The translations under genes were made by a program, and so were the position numbers. Positions 1 through 14,197 of a stretch of 64,000 nt of DNA are shown in pieces; position 1 is the first letter of the stretch, and each line of letters opens with the position of its first letter. The DNA is from Saccostrea cucullata. Lineage: Eukaryota. Under the pieces are notes generated by a model. That model worked only from the letters and a program-made list of their open reading frames with translations. It had not been told where the DNA came from and ran no database searches. The stretch is taken from contig NW_026926125.1 in the NCBI RefSeq assembly GCF_032062105.1, positions 186,001 through 250,000 on the forward strand. Direction: 5' to 3'.

Positions 1-1291
1 ACCTCTGAAAATTGTAAGTGTTAAACCTTTAGAGTACATCATTCGATCGTAAGAAGCAATAAATTGAATACTATAAAAAATTGCATTACTCACTGTAAGG
101 CCAGTGTCTTAACCATAGTTTTGGACGCAAACTTAAATAATGGAACTCGCCAAGATGACCAAGAAATATTGTCAAGCGATTTTGATGATTCTTGCACATT
201 TTGCCTTTCACTTCAGTCCGACATATGTCATCACGATAGACGTTGAAGACGATGACTTCGAGGGAGAACAAATCAGCGACAGCCTGTAAAATGATATGAT
301 CGCTCCATTCACCAGACCTCGACATTCTTGTCAGATATTCCTCCCATGTTTCCTCTGATAAAAAGGAAGATAGGTGACCTTTGTCTTGATGGAAGGGATT
401 TTGTCTTAGATACCTATGGATGTAAAATTTTTCTGTTGAATATCGAAATTATGCACGTCCATAGCAGCACAGCAGAGCATGCATCACTGAATGGGTACGT
501 TTCTTTTGTTAAACTTTATTATATAAACTGAATGTGTTTGGTTAAGCGTGCTATCTGACATTCATCCTGCAATATTAATTTCAATTTTTTTACTATAAAC
601 TTACTTTATTGTTGTGTGTCTAAGAGACTCTATCGAATGCCCCAGACAGCCATTGATAAGCAATTGATCAACAATAGCCCGAAACATACAGTTCCCATCG
701 GAAATGACGTCATGTACATCAAAATTGTTGTCATTTGCAAATTTTCGTAAAGACCTTTGAAAGACTGGCATATTCATGTACTGTTCTACTCCCTGGCCTA
801 AATAAAAAGGAAAAAAATTATATCCAATAAGTCAAAAAAATTTCTTGTATGTAAGCAAATTCATTTCTGAGTTGGTTGGTTGTGTAAGTTGAATATTTTT
901 TGATCATGTGATTTGAGCTAGACTTTAATTAAAGTATTATCTTACTATATCTTCCTATATTTCTTGAGCCTAAAGATGGAGAACCGTATCCATTTTCAAA
1001 TGCATCGAAATAGAAATCGTCCTCCCTTGTCGAGGTATGATTTTCCCAGTATTCGTCCTCGCTGTCGAAGTAATCAATTTTGTCGATGTCTTCTCTTTTT
1101 TGTTCATCTGGAATGGCAATTGACGCTTTTGAAAGTCTTTCCACATTTAATAACGTTTCCTTTAAACAGTTCTCAAAAACTACATCTTCGTTACCATCAC
1201 ACTCAGGCTGGTCTTCATTTCTCCATAACCCGCGAATAGGATGTTTCAGTGTTTCTTTCTCAATACATTGTGTAACATTCTGGGAAGACAT
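1..1291 (-). CDS. OTU + cGLR/Mab-21-like protein, copy A (5' part only; exons 946-1291, 605-797, 94-413, exon 4 starts at 4 and leaves the window)
   Basis: GT-AG exons join in frame; OTU motifs DVISDGNCMFRAI and LGHLGEFHYLSL; exon sizes 346/193/320 are identical to copy D. Confidence 0.85.
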
Positions 1292-2127
1292 TATGATGAT
1301 TACGCTTTTTCTGTTAACCTTCCATGTAGGACTTTATATATCCTTTGTAGTACATTCTTTTGAAATTATTAATACATGTACAATCTATGGCAAACAAATT
1401 TACTAATAAATTGTAAGTAATGAAAATAATAAAGTGTTATTTAATAAGGACGGAAAATGATCATAATATGGCTTTCATCCAGGAAAAATAAAAGTTCATG
1501 ATATAAATAATATTTAATAGTTATCAACGGAAGTGGCATTTGATTTTTCATCGAAGAAAAAATCCATTCAAAACGTCTTAAGTACATGTAGATGATCAAA
1601 GAATTATTTAGGGAATCAAAGTCTAGTTTGTTGGGTATTCCGGGACATCAATGATAGTTGAATAGATGGGATCATTTGCAAAACGCGAGAACCTTATACT
1701 TACATCTAATTGTGAAATAAAATTACATGTATATATATTTAGGTTTAAAAACATGTCTAATAGATTTTTTTTTACACAAGGTCTTCCATGTCAATTTCAA
1801 TAGTTCCTGCCCACTGATGTCAAACACAAATAAAACCGCAAGAGAATGACTTTAAAAGAATGCTTTTTAGGCCTATGCTCGGCACTCAGGGCTATTGCCG
1901 AAAAAAAAGCAGGGTCATGTTATTTTTTTCAATCGTGCCACATATTTAACAAAGGTTTAAAAACATTGTTAAAGATAGATGTTTTTTTTATAAACGTATA
2001 TGTCTTGTTCATATGTGGAACAATTTCAAAAATAGTTCCTGCTTCCATTGTCTTTTATGACTAATCAAGCAATTCTTTATAAGAAATACAACCGCAAGAG
2101 AATGACTTTAAAAGAATGCTTTCTTTG

Positions 2128-2229
2128 GTTGTTAGTACGGGAATTAATGTCGCCGCTATTGCATAAAAAAAATACTCAGGTCATGTTATTTTTTTCACAA
2201 TCCCTGCGACGTTAATTCCCGCACTAACA
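2128..2229. repeat. Imperfect inverted repeat (hairpin) in a ~250-bp unit; degenerate copy at ~1830-1990
   Basis: TGTTAGTACGGGAATTAATGTCGC ... GCGACGTTAATTCCCGCACTAACA; absent from the paralogous region near 35300. Confidence 0.5.
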
Positions 2230-4429
2230 AACACATAAAGACTTTGTTAAAGATATGTATGTTAAATATTGTATTATAAACGTATATGTACTATTTTTTT
2301 ATGCTGATTAACGCACTTGGTTTCCTTAAGAAATAAAGGAAAAAATTTCGGTGGATGTACATATATGTATATTAGGCTTCCTTACTACTTTTGCTTGACG
2401 AAATTTACATTGCAGTTGAATTATCAAGAAATCAATTCACTTAATTTTTAAAAAAGTTATCAACAGAAAAACAAATACACGTAGAAATAAAAAAAAAAAT
2501 GCGTGGTGACAAAACTGCTACATTCAGCACAGGTGTTCATGCATATGATCGTAAAAATTATTTACTGGCGGGTTACTTTTCTTCTCCTGATGTACAATGT
2601 TTAATAAAATAATTATATGAATTCGTTCTATTGCTTTGAATATCAAAATCATCATAAAATTAAAGGTTTACATTAAAGGAAAGTTGCCTTATTTCTGATA
2701 TATACAGAGTAATAATAAAATCTCGTTCGATTATATTGAAATGATTTATGTTTTTATCAGTCCCTCCTATATATCAGTCATTCTAGAGGCACTACCTCCA
2801 TCTTTATGCAAATATTCATGACTGCATTTTTTTCAAAATACTATTTTCCTAAATGCCTGATTCTTATTGTTTTCAACAAACTGTAGCTTACATTGTACTT
2901 AATTTACCATGAAAAATATTTTAAAATTAAAGTTATTAAAAACAAATTTGGCATACAAACATGGTTTTTATTTAACAATTATGGAATTATATTTTAGGTG
3001 CTTAATCTGTGGTTAAAATGTTTAATAAAGGTCAGATAAAATATTGAAACATATATTATTTTAGGGATATATGCACGATAAGTTGTTTTTATAATTTCGA
3101 ACACAGATATCGAAGTCATTGAATGAAATTCTTGATAACTGGTGATAAGACAAAAAAGACCCTAGTAACATTAGATTGGTTGATTGATTGATTGTATACT
3201 GTTTAACGTCCCTCTCCAGAATATTTCACAGTGAAGGGCTGCATGTAATAAGTGATCTTTAGGCATGGAGTTGTTTTGAATTCATTTTTTTTTCTCAACG
3301 AGTTATTGAAGTATATAACTGCTTAACACATACAATACATTTCATAAATATTTTAATCCTATTCATTAACATCGTGCTTTATCGATAAAAATAATTTCAA
3401 ATTTCCTTCTTTCTTTCTGAGAAATATACGTGCTATATCTGATGTAACCAATGAGTAAATTGAAAAAAAATTACTTCCCAAAAAGACAAGGAAGAGGTTT
3501 CTTTGATATCAAAATAATCATATTTTAAATCAGTTTTTTACTAGATGCAAATCAAGTGATAGATGAGGTAATAAACAGTACACAGTAAAGAAAAATAATC
3601 TAGTTTATTGCTTTCTTCTACCTGCAGCAATACATTGGATGACTGAGAGTTCAAAACTTTTTCTCTTACAAATATTTCACTTACATTTGGTTTTTATATA
3701 CAAATGTATAAGGTTTTAATATGAAAAAAAAAGCAATACAATTTGAGATCAAAACTATTTCTTTTAGAAAATATATAATTGTTTTTATATTGCTAAGGTT
3801 TTAATATAAAAAAATTCGATGTGATCATCAGAAAATTATATAGTTATGGCAATTGCTCTGGAATCCATTTTACTTTTTTTCCCTAATTTTTCAAATAATA
3901 GTGTATGTTTTATATTTTTAAAATGGATAAAATCTAAAACCTGCTCTTGTCCATTTAGTTTGGTCTGCTATTATTGCATGTGAAATTGGTATTTTTATAG
4001 ACATACATGTACACATTTTATTAAAAGTTTCCTTAAGCTTAGCTAAATATAATCGATACGGACCATTTTTGAGAATTGTTTTGAAACGAAGTGTGCCATT
4101 ACATAATGTTATATCCGGGAGATATAGAATGCCTCACTTTAGCATTGTTGTCAGAGATGGAAACTGTTGACACAGAACGGATCTACAAAACAAATTTTCT
4201 TGGGAAATCTGAGTAAATAAGCCATCAATCAGAGGAAGATTGTACAGGAGATGATTCTAAAAAAAATTGTACAACACGAATTTAATCAGTCTGGAAAAAA
4301 TGCATTCCTTTCAAAAGGAAATTCAGTATGAATCACAAACGATGATTTTCATAGAAGATTGATTGCATAGACGTTGCCAACATTACAATAATCAATGCCA
4401 ATAAATTGATTAAAAAAATACTGGGGCCA

Positions 4430-6460
4430 AGCTCATCATATTCAACTGAAAATACAATAATTTGAGTGCATCAACAGTGCACATACCTTTTTTGCGACAT
4501 ACTGATCATATTCAGCTGAAAATACAACATCACCAGGATCAGACAAAAAAACTAACCATCTTCTTATTGTGTACTACTGGGAAGTAAACTTCAATCGCTA
4601 CTTGGCTTCTATCACAGCCAAAATTTAGTACATGCCACATTCTGAAGTTTTATGAGTGAGTGACTCAAATCAGTTTTTTAATCCACTTTATAGCATAAAC
4701 AAAACCAGGATCATTAGCAACTGGTACAACTTACATTATGTACTCTCTATTTAGAATGTGACTTGAGTGCATCAACAATGCCCACTTTCCTCTTTGGCCA
4801 TGCCCATCATATTCAACTGAAAAATACAAAAAAAAATCATTGATTGATTGCTCGTATGTTTTTTCTTCCCTCTCGAGAAATTTTCACTCAAATTGAAACA
4901 CCATACAAAACTAAAAACAGACAAGAAAATAAATCTACTGTCTTAAATCTGTGTACTGCTTGTAAGTTCATTTTGATTGCTGTTGTTTATTTGTTTCTAT
5001 CACAGCACAGCCAAGATTTAGTACAAGTCACATTCTGAAATTTTATGTGTGAGCTCAAAACAGTTTTTAATCCCTGGGTTTGTTTATAGCATAAACAAAA
5101 CCAGGGACATTACCTACTGGTACCACTTTCACTACCTAATCAGAATGTGACTTGTGTGAATTAAAAATGTCCAATTCTCTTTATCCTTACGCCAATCATA
5201 ATCAACTGAAGAATACAAATTTGATTGATTGATTTGATATGTGTTGTTTAACGTCCCTATCGCGAATTTTTCACTCATATGGAAACCCAATAAAGAATTA
5301 AAAACAAACAAGAAAATAAACTTACACTAACATTACCCATTCAGAATGTAGCTTGAAAGCATCAACAATGTCCACTTCTCTCTTTTGGCCATGCCTCTCA
5401 TATTCAACTGAAAAATATATATACTTGATTGATTTATTGTATGTTGTTACGTCCCTCTCGAGAATTTTCACTCAAATGGAGACACCATACAAAATTGATA
5501 ACAGACAATAAAATAAACTTACTGTCTTAAATCTGTGTACTGCTTGCAAGTACATTTTGATTACTATTGTTTCTTGGTTTCTATCCATGCCAAGAATTTG
5601 TACAAGTTACATTAAAGCAATTGGTACTATCTATACTACGTATTCAGACTGTGACTTGAGTACATCAACAACTCACTTCTCTCTTTGGCCGTGCCCATCA
5701 TATTCAGCTGAAAAATACAAAATTGATCGATTGTTTTCTTCTATGTTGTTGCCGTCCCTCTTGAGAAGTTTTCACTCATTTGGAGACCCACTTAAGAATT
5801 AAAAACAGAAAAGAAAATAAACTTACTGTTATAAATCTGTGTTCTGCTGAGAATGACACTTCTATCACTGTTGTTTTTTGACTTCTATCACAGCAAAGAT
5901 TTAGTATAAGTCACATTCTGAAGTTTTATGAGGGAATGGCTCAAAAAAGTTTTGTAATCCACTGCTGGTATCACTTTCACTACCTATTCAGAATGTGACT
6001 TTGGTGCATCAACAATATCCACTTCTCTCTTTGGCCGTGCCCATCATATTCAACTGAAGAATACAAAATTGATTGATTGATTTTTTTATGTGCTATTTAA
6101 CGTCCCCCTCGGGAATTTTTCACTCAAATGGAGACCCACTAATGAATTAAAAACAGACAAGAAAATAAACTTACTGTTGTAAATCTGTGTGCTGCCGATA
6201 ATTACACTTCGATTGCTATTGTATCTTTGCTTCTATCACAGGCAGGATTTAGTACAAGTCACATTGTGAAGTTTTACGAGTGAGTGGCTCAAAACAGCTT
6301 TTAATCCACTGGGTTTGTTTATAACATAAACAAAACCAGGGACATTAGCAACTGGTATCACTTTCACTGCCTATTCAGAATGTTACTTGGGTGCATCAAC
6401 AATATTCACTTCTCTCTTTGTCTATGCCTATCATATTCATCTGAAAAATGCAAAACTGAT
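4430..6460. repeat. Complex degenerate tandem repeat (units ~190-370 bp)
   Basis: Recurring block CTATTCAGAATGTGACTT...CATCAACAATGTCCACTTCTCTCTTTGGCCATGCCCATCATATTCAACTGAAAA; same family at 37010-38120 and 41353-42660. Confidence 0.8.
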
Positions 6461-6483
6461 TAATCGACTTATTTAAGAAATAT

Positions 6484-6626
6484 ACAACGTTATTCAGTGA
6501 ACATGGCGTTATGAATAGCAATTGCTTTGTTGACATATGCCATGATGCGCGTTAACGCAGCATGGAAAATAAGCCAGCAGAGCTAAATTGCTATTCATAA
6601 TGCCATGTTCACTGAATAATCGTTGT
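6484..6626. repeat. Long hairpin (~40-bp arms), probable end of a non-autonomous DNA element
   Basis: ACAACGTTATTCAGTGAACATGGCGTTATGAATAGCAATT ... AATTGCTATTCATAATGCCATGTTCACTGAATAATCGTTGT. Confidence 0.55.
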
Positions 6627-7145
6627 TTATTACTCATATTTGCATTCTTTCATGTTGTCAAGAATGTTAGAGGAAATTCTGGTTTGCATAAGGACAGGGA
6701 TCCTTGTCTCTAGTAAAGAAAAACACATCGCTATAAAATCAGTAAACCTGGCTCCAAGACCACAAACTGAGAATAGAAAATTTAGATTTTGCATATTTCT
6801 AACAATTACTTAACGAACACGCCTAAAAACTTTAAAGTTTGTTAAATATTTGAATACAAACATAACTTAAATTTTGTTTCATTTTGAAATTTATTTTAAA
6901 AGTTACACTGATTTGAAATTTCGAATTTAAGTGTTTTCTCAGTTTATGGTCTTGGGGCCTGATTAATGTACCTTTTCTCTACTAAATCACAAACAAATTT
7001 TTAAATATTTGCCTCTCAACCACAGTTATCTGGATACAAGCTGCGCCGTCATCTTTAATTTTTGTTTTGATGCAGTTGTGACGTCATCATTCAAAGTTAT
7101 TCAAACCCTCCGAGAAAAATCAATAATTTAACACTATGCTAAAAA

Positions 7146-8856
7146 CTTACTTACTTAGGCCTGTCGTTCCGTGAGGAACATAGACCATCAACGACAGTCC
7201 TCCAACGAACACGATTTTGGGCTGCTCTGGCTGCATCGTGCCAGGTCATATTCTGTGTCCTTAGCTCCGACTCCGAGTCACGCCTCCAGGTGTTTCTAGG
7301 TCGTCCTCGTTTTCTTTTGCCCTGTGGGTTCCAAGTCAGGGCCTGGCGTGTGATGCTGGATGGTGACTTCCTTAATATGTGTGTCCAATCCAGCGCCACT
7401 TCCTCTGTCTTATTTGTACCTCCATTGGTTCCTGTCCTGCTCTCATCCATAGTTCTTCATTTGAGATCCTATCAGGCCATCGGATGTTGTAGATGCGCCT
7501 GAGACAGGTGTTGTAAAATGTCTGGATCTTCTGCAGGGTAGCTTTAGTCATCCTCCACGTCTCTGCACCATACAGTAGGACGGACTTCACATTGGAGTTG
7601 AGGATGATATCGCAGTTTGGTGGTAGTACGTATGCTCTTTGAGGCCCAGATGTTCTTTAAAATGGTGAATGCAGTCCTAGCCTTGCCAATTCTTGACTTG
7701 ATGTCGCAGTCTGTGCCACCGTGTCTGTCCACCACACTCCCCAGGTAGATGAAGGATTCAACTTCTTTGATGGCCTCACCACCAACTGTGACTGGTGTTT
7801 GGACAGTGGTGTTTATCTTCATCAATTCTGTCTTCCTCAAGTTAATTTTGAGGCCCGTTCCTGCCGATGTTGTTGTAAGGTGGGTTGTTTTATCCTGCAT
7901 CTGATTTTGGTTGTGTGAAAGGAGAGCCAGGTCATCTGCAAAATCAAGGTCGTCCAGTTGCGTCAGGAGTGTCCACTTTATGCCATTGTTCCTGCCTGCT
8001 GTGGTTGTCCTCATGATCCAATCAATGACCAAGAGAAAAAGAAATGGTGACAGCAAGCAACCTTGTCGGACTCCTGTCTTGACCTCGAAACTCTCAGACA
8101 TCTGGCCAGCATGGGTAACTCTGCATATCATGCCTTGGTAGGTGTTTCTAATCAGGGAGACTAGCTTCTCTGGTACTCCATAGTGCCTCAGTATCTTCCA
8201 CAATGTCTCTCGGTCTACGCTGTCAAATGCTTTTTCGTAGTCGATGAAGTTGACATATAGGGGGGACTTCCACTCCAGTGATTGTTCTATAATGATGCGT
8301 AGACTGGCTATCTGGTCAGCACATGATCTGTTGGCTCTAAAACCAGCCTGTTGGTCACGGAGCTTTGGGTCCACTGCCTCTTTCATTCTCTCGAGAAGTA
8401 TTCTGTTGAGGACCTTGCCAGGCACTGATAGGAGCATGATCCCCCTGTAATTACTGCAATCTGTCAAGTCTCCCTTCTTTGGCAGCTTAATAAGGATGCC
8501 TTCTTTCCATTCTTCTGGGATGTTCTCTTCTTCCCAGATCTTGTTGAAAAGGTTGTATAGGATGTTAATGGCTGTCTCTGTATCAGCTTTGATCGCTTCT
8601 GCTGGTATCTCATCAGGCCCTGCCGCTTTTCCATTTTTAAGTTTATTAATTGCTCTCCTGATCTCTGTCTTTGTTGGCTTGTCACGGTTTATCGGGAGGT
8701 CTGTATTGGCTGGTTGAATGTCCGGAGGTGTTTCTGGTGATGGTCTATTTAATAGTTCTCTGAAGTGTTCTACCCACCTCTTTAATTGTTCTTCTGTTGT
8801 TGTAAGAATTTTCCCGTTTTTGTCCTTCACTGGCTTGTCTGTTTGCTGGAACTTGT
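7146..8856 (-). mobile_element. 5'-truncated RTE-clade LINE with frameshifted reverse transcriptase
   Basis: RT motifs DYEKAFDSV, GVRQGCLLSP, FADD (ORF 7544-8830); RTE-type C-terminus WNPQGKRKRGRPRNTW; (TAAG)n 3' tail; TSD TGCTAAAAA at 7137-7145 and 8857-8865. Confidence 0.93.
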
Positions 8857-8940
8857 TGCTAAAAAGACAATCCTTTAATAATGATTATAACTCAAGAATG
8901 CTTTTTTAATTATTTTTAAAGTTCTTTAATCAATATTTAA

Positions 8941-9352
8941 AGGGACCTGGACACAGTTTCAACTGATTTTTAAACCAGTTTTAATGTTTCAATTCCTCTC
9001 TCTCTCTCTCTCTCTCATATCTCTCTCTCTCTCTCTCTCATAATGTAAACAAAGCTGGTGCCTTGTTTTTGTTTACATATAAAAATATCATATTTATAAC
9101 AAAATGAAGTTCAGCAAATCAATTGTAACTGTATTTCACTTTTATTTAAAATTATCTACTTTGAATGAACATATATTAGTATATTAACCTGTGAAAACAA
9201 AAACATGAGATAACAAAGGTTTGGAGCTCTAAATCTGTCTTGTATCTGGACAACTGGCGTTCAAATTTTTGATGATCATTAGGAAGACCTTAGTTAAATG
9301 TTTGTAAAAATGGAAAATCGAATTTTTAAATTTTAGCTGAAACTGTGCCCAT
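8941..9352. mobile_element. Non-autonomous TIR element at a TTAA site (Kolobok-like), containing (TC)n at 8996-9038
   Basis: TTAA-AGGGACCTGGACACAGTTTCAAC ... GCTGAAACTGTGCCCA-TTTAA. Confidence 0.4.
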
Positions 9353-9669
9353 TTAAGAGTTGAAATCTTTCTTGAAATAGATACATGATTAAAGAACTTT
9401 TGCTTTTTTGCATGTAAAACACCCCAGTGTGAAGAGTTATCGTTCTTTGCAAAAATATGTCAAAATATGAAGAGAAAAAATAAAAATATGGCAGTTCTCA
9501 GCAATTTTTAAAAAGTTTTATTATACAATAAAATACATTGACCATAATAAATTTTTTTAAAGATATAAATCAGCAATTGTTTTTATTTTGAATTTCTTTT
9601 TTTTTCCAGAGAATATTAAAAACTTATATTTATTCCTCTTGCACAACGTTTCATATATATACTTCTGAA

Positions 9670-12600
9670 CACATAATTCTAGTGAAGTACAGCTTGTACT
9701 ATGAGTGTAGTACAGCTTGTACTCTGGGAGTGTGCAAAAGTAATTGCACTCAAAACAGAAAAACGATCAAGACTTAACAAATAGATCAGACGTAAAAGAA
9801 ATAGAAAAGAGGGAAGAGAAAAAGACCCTTCTTCTCTACCCGGAAACTCGAGTGAACGTAGTTTCTCGAACTTGGAATCATATCTAGATGAATTCGATAC
9901 TTAGGCAACTGATTATTTCGACAGTGAAGATGAGTATTTTGAAACATATAGAAACATTGTTGAGAACAATAGTATGTTTCCTTTAGATGGAATGAGTCAT
10001 TTTTCTGCCACAACGTCTGCGGAAAGCGGGAGATATAGTAAGATAATTTTCTATGTCCATGATTTGAATTACAAAGAATCTAAATTATGTTTGGAAGTTT
10101 TCAGAATCTATACTTCCACATGTTTCATCTTTTGTGGACTCTATTGACGCTTGGGAAGACATTTAAAGATTTTTCCTATATAAAGTGTCAAGTTTGGTTA
10201 AATTTCATCAATGGTTCTTTAATTAAAAGTGAAAAATGTGAAAGGGTTACAGATTCTAGCTATTATCCTAGGGGATGGTCGTTGTACATTTGGTGATATG
10301 AAATATAAGGTTAAGCTCTGGTGAGCTTAAAAGAATACCGGTTTCTATTTTTTTTTTACACTTTTTTTTTCAAAGAAAGCATAATCAAAATAATGTCAAG
10401 ATTATGATTGTGTAATTAGGTTCTCTGTGGATATTGGGAGAGGGGGAATGGAAACCATGACTATCAATGTTTTATTGGAATGTAAGCATAAATATTTACC
10501 ATTTTGACCCCAAAAATCATAGCTTACAAAAATCATATCAATAGTAAAGCTTCCCCAGCCTCATTAAAGCGAGGCAAAATTTGAGCCTAACTGGAATAAG
10601 ATACGTATATGGATTTGAAAATTCTGGTGGAAGGTGGATATAATTATTCATTTTGTAAGGGTACTCAGTAATTGTCTCTGAAACTACACAATAATACTAG
10701 AAGTTATGCATTTAAGTCTTCATTAATTATATAACATTTATTTAAATAAGTGATGTTTTCTCACATAGATTTCCTAATTTTCCTTAAACAGTTCAAGGAG
10801 TGTCACAATACAAAAACATGCTAGTTTTCATGTCGTCCTTACAGAAATTTGCAAAATCCAATGGATTTACTGTCCATGATGTTATGGCAGATGGGAACTG
10901 TCTTTTCAGAGCCATTGGTGATCAACTTTCGGTTAACGGAATCTTCGACAATTCTCCTGTTTCACTGCGGAAAAACACTCTAAAGTGCGCTAGATACGAA
11001 GTTTTTAATTTTAAATTAGAATTGAGAATATAGTTTATTTAAAGTCTTGAATAATGACAAGATTTTTAAAAATTGACAAGTTTCTTCGGGAAAATCCATA
11101 TCAAGAAGATGGGTCACATTCTGAGTCATTTCTTTTCACCGAAAGTTGGGAGCAATACTTGTCAAGAATGGAGCAAAATACTGAATGGTGTGATCATGTC
11201 ATATTTAAAGCTGCTGTGGACGCCCTTGGTTTACGAGCTGTTGTGTTTAATGTGTACGGCGACGATATCAGGCGCACCGAAGTTCTTTCCAGAAACCCGT
11301 CTGATGGCAACTTAACAGTTTATCTCGGTCATTTTGGAGAATTTCACTATCTTAGCTTGAGACCTAACAACTGGGATAAAGAGTGGCAATGCAGTTAAGA
11401 TCTACAATTTTTAGTAACCTTTTATATATAAATTTCTCAGTAGCATGTAATTTTTGGCAGAATTTAATAAGATGTTCGAATTTTTTAAACTGCATCCTTC
11501 CATTTAGAAACGTGTTCTTAACGTAAATAAGCTATTTAAAATGAAACAAACCATATATTTCGCTCTTTTTTTAAAATATTGGTTATATTTACAACAAGAG
11601 AGGCAAATATAAATGGCTTTAAACTGCGTGCAGCCATGCAGAATCTGATTTTTAAATATATTTGATATTTCGTTGTAGAACCATTGATGTTCAGACAAGA
11701 ACTACTCACTAAACAGTTTGAAGGTATGAAAAATCAAACTGATGAGATAAAGGACTCAAAGGATTTCCAAAGAATATGTGGACTCCAAACAGAGATGAAA
11801 GGTGATGGAAATCAACCCGACTTTGAACATTTCGGAAACAGAGTATGCCCAGTTTACAGTTTAAATGACCTTGATATAGAGGAAAATAAAGGTAAATTTT
11901 AAAGAAAAAAAAAACGAATGCTGTATTTGAAATTTGAAAAAAATCACTTCTCTTATTAATTCAAATGAAAAAAGGGTACTAAATTCCATAAATGCTAGTT
12001 AATGTAATTTTTTAAATTGTACAGAATCGCTAAATCGTCTAGTAGAGGATCCATTTTACGTTGATGCAAGAACAGGACTTCCACTGCAACATTTATCGTA
12101 TCTCATTTACCATTTGATTCCTCCTACGATGAGTTTGTACAATTCTTTTGATCTTCCACCGGTTCAAAAGGATGGGATGCTGTTTCAGTATTTAGGATCA
12201 TTTGCAACGGGAAGAAATATATTCATAAAGGATATTACACGAGGATATACTATAAGAAACAAGGTAAAGAAAGATGCTACTGTCGTTGCTTTACGGCCAC
12301 TTACATCTGCGATTTCAATCGACACAAAGGACACTCATCCAGGCTTCCTACGACTATTCTACATTCCCAGAAAAAAAATTGTATCGAAATGAGGACAGTG
12401 TTTTCTTAAAAAGATTAGATGTACCTGAAAAGATATCTTTATCAGAAAGGTCAGAAAGATGTTATATGGGGTTCTTCATTGATAAGTTTCCCCAAGCTGG
12501 AGAAGAGTGGATAAGCAGACGAAAGAAATTTCAATGGCCACCACATGATGTGGTGGATGCTGTACAAAATGCAGGATATACCATAATTCCAAAACATCAC

Positions 12601-14197
12601 CCAATGAGCTGTAATCCAGATATCGAATGGAAGTTCGATTTCTCAAACTCTGAATCTTGTATTTTCAAAAATGGTCTTACGGGAAAACAATGGCGCGGTT
12701 TTATTGTACTCCAAATACTTCTAGAAAACAGTAAATGCCACTTTGGACGTGGGTTAAAATTAAAGCATACTAAGGCAGTATTTTTTCAATTGCTGTGAGC
12801 AGATTCCTATTAAAGCATGGGAGACAAACCTGAGGCGATGTATTCTTTATGCTATGGTATTTTTGTTAGATTGTCTAATAAAAAAGACTTTACCTCATTA
12901 TTTCATGCAGTCACGCTATTTATTTGACAACTACACGGAGATAGATCTTGAAGCCATACATATTCAAATAGAAGCAATACGTTTGTTTCCAGCGCAGGCT
13001 TTACAATTTCTTGCTGAAGATTATGGCTAGACATACGGGGCAAACCTATCAAGATTTATTTTACAAGACTGTAGAAGATTTGCATCAAGTGGAGACATAC
13101 TGTCAACTTTTCATGAAATCTTTGTTCCTGGAACGGTCAAAACAATAAAATTTTTAACAAGACGTGGATATTATCAAGCAGCTTTATATCTTCTTCTATA
13201 TACCTTTCAGATACACTTGTCCTCTACATATGCCAAACCAAACAATTTAAAATTCAATTTTGCAGAATTTTTCTGTTGTACTCTCAGCGAAATTCTCCAA
13301 GAAGCCTCTAGGACCATTTTTGGCCAAAACGTTTGAAAACATATATGGTATGAAAATACTCGATTCAATCCTGAAAACAGATGGTCTCTTTGTTAAAGAT
13401 ATCTTACCTTGGGAGATAGACTACCATATTGCCAGTCTGCATATACCGATGGAAAAACGTCTAATTTTGAATCGATTGGCGATTTCTTTTACAAATTTAG
13501 TAAAACGGAGGTGAAGAGATTTAATAGTTACTTAGCAACACTAGGAATTTCAGAGGCAATTCGGTGTTTCGAAAGAGCTATTCAAGAGGGAATTATGATT
13601 GATATTGAAATTGACGACAAAGCTTTTAAAAATTAAGGGAAAATTAAAACAGTGCTATTTGCTTACATTCTGCATTGCAAAATTGGACTACAAATACGAA
13701 TTCCTAGAAATTTATATGCCTGCAGTAGAAGAATTATGCAAAGAATTCCCAGAAATGAGTGAAGCTGTCAGCCACATGTACGGATTCTTGCGTTATCCTG
13801 GTAAACAAAGGGAATATGAACAACTTGTTGATAGTTTCTTAGGGATAGGTATGTAAAACTTGCAGCCTTCTTTTGTAAATCTTCAAAATATCTTATCTTT
13901 AATTCAGCATACATGTACCGTATAAGTAGAATTTTTAGCGAGAATTTAATTTTAGCATTATTAGCGAGGGTGCTGACATCGCTAAAATTGAATATCGCTA
14001 AAAATTAACTGTGTATTATTTGTAATAGCTTGTACTTTAGTAAGTATTTTAAAATCACTAAAATTACTTATCGCTAAAAATAAAATACCAGATTTTGGGT
14101 AGAAATCGCTAAATTTGCGTCTCGCTAAAATTTCCACTTACACGGTAACTCTTTTCTTTTAGATGATGTGTACAAAGGGCCATCGAAATTGAAATAA
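9670..14197 (+). pseudogene. OTU + cGLR-like gene, copy B (pseudogene, same subfamily as copy C)
   Basis: Homologous exons (..10037, 10792-10984, ~11081-11393, ~11680-11891, ~12025-13849, 14163-14197); in-frame TAG at 9902 and 13028; frameshifts or deletions near 12360, 12787 and 13630. Confidence 0.85.
13916..14147. mobile_element. TA-flanked MITE in the last intron of copy B
   Basis: TIR TACCGTATAAGTAGAATTTTTAGCGAG / CTCGCTAAAATTTCCACTTACACGGTA; absent from the equivalent intron of copy C. Confidence 0.8.

Noticed and set aside
4144-4400. Possible relic OTU exon (IVVRDGNC*HR) or decayed coding sequence
   Set aside because: Stop right after the Cys, the paralogous copy reads DGNF, and there is no further OTU similarity; likely chance
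9670-14197. Copy B as an intact gene with sequencing errors
   Set aside because: It has substitution-type stops and multi-codon deletions, not only homopolymer indels
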